NCBI GenBank assembly: GCA_963666365.2
Contig: CAXXNF010000001.1
Span: 960,001 to 1,024,000 of the forward strand
DNA: 64,000 bases
DNA from: Syntrophales bacterium
GTDB lineage: Bacteria; Desulfobacterota; Syntrophia; Syntrophales; UBA2210
Direction: 5' to 3'
A program made the translations under genes and the position numbers. Below, in pieces: positions 41,381-52,400 of this stretch (position 1 is its first letter; each line of letters begins with the position of its first letter). The notes below the pieces were generated by a model. The model made no database searches, had not been told where the DNA came from, and was given only the letters and a program-made list of their open reading frames with translations.

Positions 41381-41938
41381 ATGAAACTACTTCTTCATAT
41401 CTGTTGCGCCCCCTGTGCGCTGTATCCTCTCCAAATTCTCAGGGATGAGGGGCATGAGGTGGTGGGACTCTTTTATAATCCCAACATTCACCCCTACCTC
41501 GAATACAAGAAGCGGCTCGATACTCTTCTTGACTACGCGGCGACTGTGGACCTGAAGCTCATCACCCCGGAAGACTACGGAATGGAGGAGTTTTTGAGAA
41601 ACGTCGCCTTCAGGGAAACGACCCGTTGCCGGTACTGCTATCATTGCCGTTTGTCCTACGCCGCAGGGATTGCGCGAAGGGGAAAATTCGACGGTTTTAC
41701 CTCAACCCTCCTCTACAGTAAATTTCAGCAACACGATCTCCTGCAAGAAATGGGAGAGGATATTGCCGGGAACTCAACACCGCGATTTTTTTATCGTGAT
41801 TTCAGAATCGGCTGGAAAGAGGGGATTGAAACATCCAAAAGTCTCGGCATGTACCGGCAGCAGTATTGCGGCTGCATATACAGTGAAAAGGAACGCTATC
41901 TGCGGATAGAACGCAAAAAAAAAGGCGATACCCCCTAA
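41381..41938 (+). CDS. queH: Epoxyqueuosine reductase QueH (DUF208)
   Basis: LHICCAPC, YNPNIHP, RCRYCY, YRQQYCGCIYS. Confidence 0.92.
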   Translation: MKLLLHICCAPCALYPLQILRDEGHEVVGLFYNPNIHPYLEYKKRLDTLLDYAATVDLKLITPEDYGMEEFLRNVAFRETTRCRYCYHCRLSYAAGIARRGKFDGFTSTLLYSKFQQHDLLQEMGEDIAGNSTPRFFYRDFRIGWKEGIETSKSLGMYRQQYCGCIYSEKERYLRIERKKKGDTP

Positions 41939-41969
41939 GAGACCCTTGCCCGCCATCAAAAGGCCGCAA

Positions 41970-41987
41970 TGTGTCGTTTACGCCACA
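41970..41987. promoter_or_regulatory. Putative enhancer (bEBP-binding) palindrome upstream of lpxC
   Basis: TGTGtCGTttACGcCACA, 14 of 18 positions symmetric, about 100 bp upstream of the -24 box. Confidence 0.5.
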
Positions 41988-42081
41988 GTTCCGCGGAAAC
42001 GTCTTGGGAATGCAATACTCGGCGCGTATCCTTGCCATTAAACAGGCTATTTATTACAGATAGTTACACCCATTCACCCCA

Positions 42082-42098
42082 TGGCACCATTATTGCAT
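42082..42098 (+). promoter_or_regulatory. Sigma-54 (-24/-12) promoter of lpxC
   Basis: TGGCAC-CATTA-TTGCAT, with GG and GC exactly 10 nt apart. Confidence 0.75.
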
Positions 42099-42129
42099 CC
42101 ACATACGGACAAAGAAGAACTACCTGGAT

Positions 42130-43056
42130 ATGGTGGATATGCAGAAAACATTGAAAAAGGAATTTACCTGCAAAAGCGTGGGGCTCCATTCGGGAAGAAA
42201 AGTCAGCATGACGGTCAAACCGGCCGAGGTGGACAGGGGCATCATCTTCATTCGCAAGGATTTACCGGAACACAACATCATTCACGCACTTCCCTCAAAT
42301 GTGTCCGACACTACTCTGGCAACAACCCTCGGCTTGAACGGCGCCCGGATTTCAACGGTAGAGCACATTCTTTCCGCCTTTTTCGGCCTCGGAATCGACA
42401 ATGCCGTTGTCGAGACCGATTCATTTGAAATCCCCATCATGGATGGAAGCGCCCTGCCATTCGTTTCAATGCTCACCGAGGCCGGTATTAAGCCTCAGGA
42501 CAAAGAACGGCAGTATATTGTCATAAAAAAACCCGTTACCGTTCGTGACGAAAGCGGCGAAGGCGAAGCGTCGCTTGTTCCTTCACCCCAATTTGAAATT
42601 ACCTACCATATTGATTTTGCCCATCCTGTGGTACAAAAACAATCCTACCACATGGTCTTTTCCCGTGAGGCATACGAGCGGGATATCTGCCAGGCACGCA
42701 CCTTTGGGTTTTTGCACGAAGTCGAATATTTACAGGCACGTGGGCTTGCCCTGGGGGGGTCGCTTCAAAATGCCGTCGTCCTTGACAACGAAAAAATCAT
42801 CAACAAAGAAGGACTTCGGTGTCCCGACGAATTTGTGAAACACAAGATTCTTGATGCAATCGGCGATCTTTCACTTTTGGGCGTTCCCATAGTAGGTCAC
42901 TTTATCGCCTGCAAATCGGGCCACAGGCTGAACAATCTGCTGCTTCGCAGACTGTTGATTTCCAGAGATTGTTGGACATTGGGACGCGAAATCCGTCAAG
43001 ATTCGCATTCTCCTTTTGATCGGGAACTATCGTCCGAAATGCCCGCCTTTTATTAA
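42130..43056 (+). CDS. lpxC: UDP-3-O-acyl-N-acetylglucosamine deacetylase (start may be 42139)
   Basis: QKTL, GLHSG, TVEHILSA, ARTFGF, HKILDAIGD, SGH. Confidence 0.97.
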   Translation: MVDMQKTLKKEFTCKSVGLHSGRKVSMTVKPAEVDRGIIFIRKDLPEHNIIHALPSNVSDTTLATTLGLNGARISTVEHILSAFFGLGIDNAVVETDSFEIPIMDGSALPFVSMLTEAGIKPQDKERQYIVIKKPVTVRDESGEGEASLVPSPQFEITYHIDFAHPVVQKQSYHMVFSREAYERDICQARTFGFLHEVEYLQARGLALGGSLQNAVVLDNEKIINKEGLRCPDEFVKHKILDAIGDLSLLGVPIVGHFIACKSGHRLNNLLLRRLLISRDCWTLGREIRQDSHSPFDRELSSEMPAFY

Positions 43057-43212
43057 GTCCTCTTCATATTTAAATAATTCTTGCTTTTTGCCCTACCCTT
43101 TCCTAGTATAGGCAATTCTATTTTTGCTGAATGCGGCACGCTTCTCAAACTTTCGTCCCGCAGGAACCGCCGAATGACCCATAGAAACTCACATGCAGGC
43201 CGGCAATCACAC

Positions 43213-43791
43213 ATGAGGCGCATTGTTACACATATCTCTGTGCTCATTTTGTTCATGGGAGGACTGTTTCCTTTTTTTGCGTCAGCCCAATCCTCCGCCG
43301 GCAAGGTTGAAATTACGGATTTTCTCGTCACCAATACGCAGGAGCATGTACTCGTATATTGCAAGCTCAAAAACTGTTTCACCCCTGAGATAGAAGAGGC
43401 GATTCTCGCCGGCATCACCACCACCTTTATTTTTGCCATAGAACTGTACCGCCAGCGGGGATTCTGGGTCGACAAAAGGGAAACCGCACTGGAGATAAAA
43501 CATTCGGTAAAGTACGATAGTGTGAAGAAAACACTCTACGTCTCCTTCACGGAAACGGGCAAAGAGCCTGAGCAGTTCAAGGAGCTCGCCAAGGCAGAGA
43601 AAGCCATGGCCGATTTGAGCGGCGTACCCGTTGCACCACTTTCGCGCCTGATCAGGGGCAACCAGTACTATATTCGTGTCAAGGCAAAACTTGACAAGGT
43701 CAGCCTTCCGGGGGAGTTGAAAAACACTTTTATATTTTCTTCTCTCTGGCATTTTGAAACAGACTGGTTCCGCCAGGATTTCATTTATTAA
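43213..43791 (+). CDS. Exported DUF4390-like protein
   Basis: Signal peptide and C-terminal WHFETDW. It sits in the usual position upstream of ntrY-like kinases. Confidence 0.75.
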   Translation: MRRIVTHISVLILFMGGLFPFFASAQSSAGKVEITDFLVTNTQEHVLVYCKLKNCFTPEIEEAILAGITTTFIFAIELYRQRGFWVDKRETALEIKHSVKYDSVKKTLYVSFTETGKEPEQFKELAKAEKAMADLSGVPVAPLSRLIRGNQYYIRVKAKLDKVSLPGELKNTFIFSSLWHFETDWFRQDFIY

Positions 43792-43803
43792 TCGGGATCT
43801 GTT

Positions 43804-46023
43804 ATGGATAAGATTCACTCCAGCGAACCGGATATCAAGGAAGTAAAAAGGCGACGTCGAGAACGGATCATTATAATGATCACCATAGGCGTTGTACTGT
43901 TGCTGACCTTTCTGGAAGGTCGCTTTATCAGCGTAGAAACGCCGCTTCCCCTGTCCGATGAGGTGCTGATTTTCGGGCTCGTCAACATAAACTTGATCCT
44001 CATCATCCTCTTGATTTTTCTGATTGTGAGAAACCTTGTCAAGCTCATCTTTGAACGACGGCGCGGCATCCTTGGATCAAAGCTTCGCACAAAGCTCGTC
44101 GCCGCCTTTGTGTGCCTCTCGTTAATTCCGACCATAGTCCTTTTTCTGGTATCGACGAAATTTTTATCAAACAGTATTGACAACTGGTTCAATCTGAGAA
44201 TGACCTTCGCACTCAATTCATCTCTCGAAGTCGGCCAGATTTACTACCAGCAATTCGCCGATGATGCCGTCCACTATGCAAAGCAGATTGCCGTCGACGT
44301 GAGCTCAGGCAAGTTATACGATAAAAAAATGGCCGAAGATCTGAAAACCTGTCTCGTCGATCGTCAACGCATCTTTAAACTGGGACCCGTGGAACTATCC
44401 TTCGACAACAGAGAGGAAAAGGTTTTTCTGAAAGATCCTTCCCATCCGGACATGACGCCACCCAAACTTTCGCCCAAAATGCAGGAAGATCTTTTCAGGG
44501 GCAGGGAACTTTCGGCGGTGCAGTCCCTGGGACAGGGAGATCTGGTAAGCGGATTCGCCCCTCTTTACAGCAATTTTAACCCGAAAGAGGTTGTAGGCAT
44601 CGTATCAGTCAGCTATTTTATCCCCCGTGACGTTATCGATAAACTGGCCGACATCGCGAAGGCGTCGGAACAGTACAAACAGCTCACACTGCTTAAAAAC
44701 CCCATCAAGTTCAGTTATATCATTACGCTCTTTATTGTCACCCTCCTTATCGTCTTTTCGGCGACATGGTTCGGTCTCTTTCTGGCAAAGGGGATCACCG
44801 TTCCCATACAGGACCTGGCTGAGGCAACCCATGAAATCTCCAGCGGAAATCTTGACTATCACATCGACGTCCTCGCCGATGACGAGATCGGCGTACTTGT
44901 GGATTCCTTCAACCACATGACCGAAGATCTCAAGCGAAGCAGCGACGAACTTACTCGGGTGAACACAAGCCTGGACCAGCGCAGAAAGTATACGGAAACC
45001 GTACTAAGAAACGTATCCGCCGGCGTCATATCCATTGACGGAAACGGCGTCATCACTACCATCAACAGGGCGGCGGAAGAAATGCTGACCATACGCGTCG
45101 AAAGGGTGCTCAACAGGAAATATTACGAAGTGCTGCGACCGGAGCACATGGGAGTGGTACGGGAACTGTTGAAGGAACTGCAGGAAGGCGATAGTGATTT
45201 TCTGGAAAAGCAGGCGCAGTTAATTCTCGAAAACAAGGTCTTAACCGTCCTGATGTCGACCACAATTTTGAAGGATGATCGGGGCGCCCATCTGGGCATG
45301 GTAGTGGTCTTTGAGGACATCACACAGCTGCAAAAGGCCGAGCGCGTGGCGGCCTGGCGGGAAGTGGCCCGCCGTATTGCACACGAAATCAAAAATCCTC
45401 TGACGCCGGTCAAGCTTTCCGCCGAGCGGCTGCAAAGAAAATACGGCGACAAGATGGTGGGGAGTGAAGGCACGATTTTCCGCGAATGCACGGCAACTAT
45501 TGTAAACCAGGTGGACGTGCTTAAAAATCTGGTCAACGAATTCTCGAAGTTTGCCAGATTACCGGTAACAAACCCGTCTCCACAGGATCTCAATGCAGTT
45601 ATCGAACAGTCGATGCTTCTTTTTCAGGACGCCCACAGGGATATCATCTTTACCTTCAAAAAAAGCGATTCTATTCCCCCGCTGATGATCGACGGCATGC
45701 AGATCGAACGGGTCATGGTGAACCTCCTGGACAATGCACTCACGGCGGTGACATCGGCGGGGCGGCATGGCACAATAGAGATCGTGACCTCCTATTCGAG
45801 CGACACCCGCCGGGCACGGGTTGAAGTGAAAGACAACGGATGCGGAATCGAACCGAAAGACAAGATGAAACTCTTCGAGCCCTACTTTTCCACAAAAAAA
45901 TCAGGCACAGGATTAGGGCTTACTATTGTCAGCTCCATCATATCGGACCACAACGGAACAGTGGGCATCAAGGATAACGTACCGGCGGGCACGGTAGTAT
46001 TCTTTGAAATTCCAAGCATATAG
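43804..46023 (+). CDS. NtrY-like sensor histidine kinase (TM-HAMP-PAS-HisKA-HATPase)
   Basis: AWREVARRIAHEIKNPLTP, NLLDNA, DNGCGI, GTGLGL. Confidence 0.93.
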   Translation: MDKIHSSEPDIKEVKRRRRERIIIMITIGVVLLLTFLEGRFISVETPLPLSDEVLIFGLVNINLILIILLIFLIVRNLVKLIFERRRGILGSKLRTKLVAAFVCLSLIPTIVLFLVSTKFLSNSIDNWFNLRMTFALNSSLEVGQIYYQQFADDAVHYAKQIAVDVSSGKLYDKKMAEDLKTCLVDRQRIFKLGPVELSFDNREEKVFLKDPSHPDMTPPKLSPKMQEDLFRGRELSAVQSLGQGDLVSGFAPLYSNFNPKEVVGIVSVSYFIPRDVIDKLADIAKASEQYKQLTLLKNPIKFSYIITLFIVTLLIVFSATWFGLFLAKGITVPIQDLAEATHEISSGNLDYHIDVLADDEIGVLVDSFNHMTEDLKRSSDELTRVNTSLDQRRKYTETVLRNVSAGVISIDGNGVITTINRAAEEMLTIRVERVLNRKYYEVLRPEHMGVVRELLKELQEGDSDFLEKQAQLILENKVLTVLMSTTILKDDRGAHLGMVVVFEDITQLQKAERVAAWREVARRIAHEIKNPLTPVKLSAERLQRKYGDKMVGSEGTIFRECTATIVNQVDVLKNLVNEFSKFARLPVTNPSPQDLNAVIEQSMLLFQDAHRDIIFTFKKSDSIPPLMIDGMQIERVMVNLLDNALTAVTSAGRHGTIEIVTSYSSDTRRARVEVKDNGCGIEPKDKMKLFEPYFSTKKSGTGLGLTIVSSIISDHNGTVGIKDNVPAGTVVFFEIPSI

Positions 46024-46034
46024 GATAGAACATA

Positions 46035-47423
46035 ATGCACAGGACGATACTCATTATTGACGACGAAGAAAGCATTTGCCTTTCATTAAAGGGAATTTTC
46101 AGTGACGAGGGATATGAAGTATTCACCGCTGCAAGCGGCGAGGAGGGTCTCACCCTGATTGAGGAAGAACTGCCCGGCCTGGTAGTGCTCGACATATGGC
46201 TTCCCGGGATTGACGGCATCGAAACGCTCACACGCATCAAGTCGAGATATCCTCAGATACCGGTGGTAATCATCTCGGGGCACGGCACCGTCGAATCGGC
46301 CGTCAAGGCGACCAAACTGGGGGCCTTTGATTTTATTGAAAAGCCGCTGTCTTTGGAAAAGGTGGTGCTTATTGCGAACAACGCGCTCGACCTTGCCCGT
46401 CTTGAGGAGGAAAACACCCTCTTGAAGAAAAAATTCAAACAGGATTACGAATTGCAGGGTCAAAGCGGCGTCATTAAAGATCTTAAGGAAATGATCCACA
46501 TCATCGCCCCGACAAATGCATGGATACTTATCATGGGTGAAAACGGCACAGGAAAGGAGCTGGTGGCGCGTTCCATCCACCGTGACAGCAGGAGAACAGA
46601 CAGGCCTTTCATTGAAGTCAACTGCGCGGCAATTCCGGAGGAGCTGATTGAAAGCGAGCTCTTCGGACATGAAAAGGGCGCCTTTACCGGCGCTACCACA
46701 AAAAAGCGGGGGAAGTTCGATTTGGCAAACGAAGGCACGCTTTTTCTCGATGAAGTGGCCGACATGAGTCTGAAGGCACAGGCAAAAATACTGCGCATTC
46801 TTCAGGAAAAAAAATTTCAGCGGGTAGGAGGAGCAAAAATAATAGAAACCGACGTGAGGGTGCTTGCCGCAACCAACAAGGACTTGGAAAAGGAAATGGA
46901 AGAAGGGCGTTTTCGTCAGGATCTGTTCTACCGTCTCAATGTGATCCCTCTGTATGTACCCCCCCTCAGAGAAAGAAAAGAGGACATACCCCTCCTTGCC
47001 AATCATTTTATCAAAGAATTTTCGATGAAAGAGGGGAAAACCCTGAAAGGCATCACCGAGGGCGCCCTTGAGATACTTATGGCACACAGCTGGCCAGGCA
47101 ATGTACGAGAATTAAAGAATATCATCGAACGCCTGGTGATCATGTCGCCATCGGAGTACATCACCGCCGATGACATTCCGGTCCTTCTGAAGGGGAGCGA
47201 GGTCCCGGCGCCGGTTGCCGCGCCGATTTTTACAGGCTCATTCAGGAAAGCGAAAGAGGTGTTCGAAAAGATATATCTTGCGCGAAAACTTTCCGAACAC
47301 GATTGGAATATATCAAAAACCGCCGAGGCGATCGGAATTGAACGCAGCAATCTCCACCGTAAAATAAAAAGCTACGGCCTCGACGAAATCAAAAAAGAGC
47401 CGTCCCCTTCAGAACCCACCTGA
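46035..47423 (+). CDS. NtrX-like sigma-54-dependent response regulator
   Basis: REC (IIDDE, LDIWLP), AAA+ GENGTGKE, intact GAFTGA, WPGNVREL, Fis-type HTH. Confidence 0.95.
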   Translation: MHRTILIIDDEESICLSLKGIFSDEGYEVFTAASGEEGLTLIEEELPGLVVLDIWLPGIDGIETLTRIKSRYPQIPVVIISGHGTVESAVKATKLGAFDFIEKPLSLEKVVLIANNALDLARLEEENTLLKKKFKQDYELQGQSGVIKDLKEMIHIIAPTNAWILIMGENGTGKELVARSIHRDSRRTDRPFIEVNCAAIPEELIESELFGHEKGAFTGATTKKRGKFDLANEGTLFLDEVADMSLKAQAKILRILQEKKFQRVGGAKIIETDVRVLAATNKDLEKEMEEGRFRQDLFYRLNVIPLYVPPLRERKEDIPLLANHFIKEFSMKEGKTLKGITEGALEILMAHSWPGNVRELKNIIERLVIMSPSEYITADDIPVLLKGSEVPAPVAAPIFTGSFRKAKEVFEKIYLARKLSEHDWNISKTAEAIGIERSNLHRKIKSYGLDEIKKEPSPSEPT

Positions 47424-47450
47424 GGGAGGGGCCGCCGTGAGACCGGGCAT

Positions 47451-47855
47451 TTACAATTGCAAAGCCTGCGCCACCTTGTCATGGAGACGCTGCGAGGCCA
47501 TCTTGTCGCCCACAACACCCACGCGTATGGACAGGCTGGTAAGATTTTTCGCTTTATAGGTGACAGCAAACCGCACTTTTTCACCTTCGATTAGGGCATC
47601 TATGGTACCGTTCCCGATTTCCCTGGACGGCACTACATCAACAGCCTTCATGTCGGCCACCACCTTTTCACAGGCACTCCACAGGGCTTCAAAGGAACAA
47701 TGATAATCCGACTTCAGTTCGCCGTTGATAAAGAAATAGGTGCCCGCACCTGCCGTGACCGCCGCTCCCCCGAGGATAAGAGGCGCACACCCGGAAAGGC
47801 AGGTAATCGCAATAGACAAAAAGAGTAACAGAACTCGGGCTTTCATATCTTTCAT
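47451..47855 (-). CDS. Lipoprotein, DUF3568-like
   Basis: Lipobox LSGC, GAAVTAGAGTY, IRVGVVGD. Confidence 0.75.
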   Translation of the reverse strand: MKDMKARVLLLFLSIAITCLSGCAPLILGGAAVTAGAGTYFFINGELKSDYHCSFEALWSACEKVVADMKAVDVVPSREIGNGTIDALIEGEKVRFAVTYKAKNLTSLSIRVGVVGDKMASQRLHDKVAQALQL

Positions 47856-47970
47856 AGGATGACTCCTTTAAAAGTCTGATTCATTTACGCCATGGCGATA
47901 CAGGGAGAATCTATAGTGGATATTTCAGAAATTGTCCACCCTTTTATTGACGCGCACGCCCCCTGGCGGT

Positions 47971-49344
47971 TTAACTTCGATGAGGAGACAGGCCATCGAA
48001 ACAGTTGAGACAGAGATTATCACGCGATGTGAGCAGGGCGGCCACGAAATCGTTCAAGGTGTTAAACTTAACGGTATCGGCGCCGATTCTTCCGGCAATC
48101 CAGTTCTCAAAATCGTGCAGCATATCCATGGAGGCGATATCACCCCTCTTTATATAGGAACGGGCGATCAATTCATCATAGGAGCGCGTCGAAATGCCGA
48201 ATTCACAGGGATACAAAAGGGGTGGACAGGCGACACGCACATGCACCTCTTTGGCGCCGGCATTTTTCAGATCTAGCACCTTGTGCATTATCTGTGTGCC
48301 TCTCACGATCGAGTCGTCGCAAAGGACAATCCTTTTGCCTTTCACATAGGGCAAGATGGAGAGTTTCCGCTTTGCCATCCTTTCACGGGCCATCTGTGTT
48401 GCCTGCGTGTAGCTGCGATCGGCGTACCGATTATAGAGGAACACCTCCTGATAGTTGATGCGGGAACGTTTATGATATCCCAGGGCATGCCCGATGCCGG
48501 ACATGGGAACGGGCGCCACGATGTCGGCAAAAATCCCCCCTTCGTCAATATCCCTCTGGGCCAGAGACGCACCGAGATTGTCGCGGGCTTCCTGCACATA
48601 CACACCGTCTATGATTGAATCCATGCTCGCGGTGTAGGCCCACTCAAAGGCGCAATGAGCCCGCCGGGGAGAATCGATCTTTGTCAGTGTTTTAAACCCT
48701 TCATCATTGATGAGAAGAATTTCCCCCGGTTCCACATCCCGACAAATATCCATGTCGAGGTTTTGCAGCGCCCGGGACTCGGAACTCACCGCATAGCGGG
48801 TCCTGTCATAGCCGAGAATGAGCGGCCTGAATCCGAACACATCGCGGGCTGCATACACACCCTCTTCGGTCAGCACAACGAGCGAGTATGCGCCCCGCAC
48901 TTTTTCGGCCAGTTTTTTGATGCCGCGCACCAGATTTGATTCCTCGATTATGACTTTTGAAACGATCTCTATGTCCGTCCCCACCAAAAAGGACTTCCCC
49001 CGCCCCATCATTTCCTCAATCAGCTCATCGGAATTGATGATGTTGCCGCTGAATGCAACGGAAATCTCCCCTATTTGCGTCAGCCATCTCATGGGTTGAC
49101 GATCCTGGAGACTGACATGACCGATTCCCCATCTGCCGGTAAGACCTGACAGCTCCTCAGCGGTAAAGGCGCCTGCGACCTTCCCGCGATGGGTTTCGTG
49201 GTGAATCGACTCGTCGAAGGTGGATATCCCGCAATACTCCTGCCCTCGATGCTGAAGAAAATCAATCCCCTGATAAATATCAGCGACACAGGAATTTTCC
49301 GAATAGATACCGAATATTCCGCAATTTTCTCGAATGAATTTCAT
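47971..49344 (-). CDS. purF: Amidophosphoribosyltransferase (Fe-S type) with a divergent glutamine site
   Basis: Propeptide + CGIFG, QHRGQ, PRPP loop CDDSIVRGT, Fe-S Cys in CAFE, YPC and CLNC. An alternative TTG start lies at 49395. Confidence 0.88.
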   Translation of the reverse strand: MKFIRENCGIFGIYSENSCVADIYQGIDFLQHRGQEYCGISTFDESIHHETHRGKVAGAFTAEELSGLTGRWGIGHVSLQDRQPMRWLTQIGEISVAFSGNIINSDELIEEMMGRGKSFLVGTDIEIVSKVIIEESNLVRGIKKLAEKVRGAYSLVVLTEEGVYAARDVFGFRPLILGYDRTRYAVSSESRALQNLDMDICRDVEPGEILLINDEGFKTLTKIDSPRRAHCAFEWAYTASMDSIIDGVYVQEARDNLGASLAQRDIDEGGIFADIVAPVPMSGIGHALGYHKRSRINYQEVFLYNRYADRSYTQATQMARERMAKRKLSILPYVKGKRIVLCDDSIVRGTQIMHKVLDLKNAGAKEVHVRVACPPLLYPCEFGISTRSYDELIARSYIKRGDIASMDMLHDFENWIAGRIGADTVKFNTLNDFVAALLTSRDNLCLNCFDGLSPHRS

Positions 49345-49432
49345 CGCACTGCTCTCTTCACATGTAAGGTGAGCCCGGTTTTCACAGGCATTCAAAGAAG
49401 ACGCCTCAGCGAACCCCTCCCTCCAACCGCGA

Positions 49433-52400
49433 TCAGGATATGTCGCGGTGATACTCCTGCAGAGACTTCACCGCTCCATGTCCGAACCGCACCGCCTGAA
49501 TGCCTTTTACCGTAGCGACTGCCGCCGCTATCGTGGTGATATAGGGCACTTTGTATTTGATGGCCGCCTTCCTGATATAGGAATCATCGAACTGACTCAT
49601 TCGACCACTGGGAGTATTTATAATCAGTTGAATATCCTTATTTTTAATCCCGTCAACGATATGCGGTCTTCCTTCATGCATCTTCAGAATGCCCTCGGAT
49701 GGAATGCCATGTTCTCTCAGATAGCGGTGGGTTCCGGTGGTCGCCCTGATCTTGAATCCAAGATTGGCAAACCCTTTCGCCACATCCAGGACGGAAGGAT
49801 TCGTTTTGTCATAGACGGTCAAAAGCACCGTTCCTTCATAGGGGAGTTGCTGGGATGCGGCTTCCTCGGCTTTGTAAAAGGCAAGGCCGAAGGAATCGGC
49901 AAGGCCGAGCACCTCTCCGGTAGACCTCATTTCGGGACCCAGCAGGGGATCTACTTCCGGAAACATGTTAAAGGGGAACACGGCCTCTTTGACGCCGAAA
50001 TGGGGCACGGGATTTCGCCTGAGATCGAGATCGACGATTCTTTCGCCCAGCATGAGACCGGTGGCGATTCGCGCCATCGATACATTACAGACCTTGGAAA
50101 CGAGCGGCACCGTGCGGGATGCGCGGGGATTCGCCTCCAGCACGTAGACCACATTGTCGGCGATCGCGTATTGCATATTCATTAATCCCGTCACCTTGAG
50201 CTCCACGGCAATCCTTCTGGTATAGTCGTAGATGGTTTTGATATGCTCCCTGGGGATGGTAATCGGCGGTATCGCACAGGCCGAATCGCCCGAATGAACC
50301 CCGGCAAGTTCGATGTGTTCCATCACGGCCGGCACAAAGGCATCGGTTCCGTCTGCAATGGCATCCGCTTCCGCTTCTATGGCGTTTTCCAGAAATTTAT
50401 CGATCAGCACCGGACGTTCCGGCGTCACATCGACAGCAAGGGCAAGATATCTCCTGAGACTTTCCTCGTCGTAGACGACCTCCATTCCGCGTCCGCCCAG
50501 CACGTAGGAGGGTCTCACCATCAGCGGGTATCCGATTTCGGCAGCCGCGGAAAGGGCCTCGTCGATATTGTGTGCCATACCGGACTGCGGTTCAGGGATG
50601 CCCAGTTTTTCCATCATCTTCCTGAAACGATCCCGGTCTTCGGCAAGATCGATCATTTCCGGCGATGTCCCGATCACGGCGACACCGGCCGCGGAAAGTT
50701 CATTGGCTATATTCAGAGGGGTTTGCCCTCCGAACTGCACGATGACCCCTTCCGGTTTTTCCTTTTCATAAATACTCAGCACATCCTCCACGGTAAGCGG
50801 TTCGAAATAGAGTCTGTCCGAGGTATCGTAATCCGTCGATACCGTTTCGGGATTACAGTTGATCATGATTGATTCAATGCCCGCATCGCGCAGGGCAAAG
50901 GCGGCATGGACACAACAGTAATCGAACTCGATACCCTGACCGATTCGATTGGGTCCCCCCCCCAGCACGATGATCTTTCGTTCCCCCGGAGAGGGCGGTA
51001 TCGCATCGGGAGCATTGTATGTCGAATAGTAGTATGCCGCATCTTCGACACCGCTTACGGGCACAGACTCCCAGCCCTGCGTGATGCCCAGCACTTTCCT
51101 TCGCTCTCGGATTTCTTCTTCGCTCCGGTTCGTAAGGAATGCCAGGTAGCGATCGGCAAACCCGTCTTTCTTGGCCCGCCCCAAAAGTTCATCGGGAATC
51201 GTCTCTTTGCGATGAGAAAGGATCTCCTCTTCAAGCTCGACAAGCTCCTTCATCTGTTCGATGAACCAGCGCTTGATATTCGTTTTCCGGAAAAGATCTT
51301 CCACCGAAGCTCCTTTTCGCAGGGCTTCATACATGATGAACTGCCGCTCGCTGGTGGGTTTGGTGAGAAGCCCCATCAGCTCGTCCAATGATTTTTTATT
51401 GAAATCTTTTGCAAAGCCGAGCCCGTAACGGTTTATTTCCAGCGATCGTATGGCCTTCTGAAGGGCCTCCTTGTACGTTTTTCCTATGCTCATCACCTCG
51501 CCTACGGCGCGCATCTGCGTCCCCAAGCTATCTTCGGCGCCCTTGAATTTTTCAAAGGCCCAGCGGGCGAATTTTACGACCACATAGTCACCTGACGGCA
51601 CATAGTTATCAAGGGTGCCTTCTTTCCAGTAAGGAATTTCGTCAAGGGTCAAACCGGCGGCCAGAAGGGCTGAGACAAAGGCAATGGGAAACCCCGTGGC
51701 CTTGGAGGCAAGCGCTGAAGAACGAGACGTTCTCGGGTTGATTTCGATGACCACCACCCTGTCCGTTTCGGGGTCATGGGCGAACTGGACGTTCGTGCCG
51801 CCGATCACTTGAATGGCCTCTACGATGGCATAGGAATATTGTTGCAGCCTGTTCTGAAGTGCGGAATCGATGGTGAGCATCGGCGCCGTGCAGAAGGAAT
51901 CGCCCGTATGAACCCCCATGGGGTCGACGTTTTCAATGAAACACACGGTAATCATATGATTTTTCGAGTCTCTGACCACCTCGAGTTCCAACTCTTCCCA
52001 CCCGAGGACGGACTCTTCCACAAGTATCTGTCCGATGAGGCTTGCCGAAATCCCGCGGGCCGCCACGATCTGAAGTTCCTCTTTATTGTATACCAGCCCG
52101 CCCCCTGTTCCACCCATGGTATAGGCGGGTCGGATCACCACGGGGTACCCTAATTCTTCGGCGATCTCTTCCGCCTCTTCCACAGTATAGGCCGGTTTGC
52201 TCAGCGGCATTTCGATACCGAGCCGGTCCATGGTCTGCTTGAAGGCAATCCTGTCTTCTCCGCGCTCAATGGCATCGATGTTGACGCCTATCATCTTTAC
52301 GCCGAACTCATCGAGCACCCCTTTTCTCGCCAGTTCTGCGGACAGATTCAATCCCGATTGACCGCCGAGATTGGGCAGAAGCGCATCGGGCCGTTCTTTC

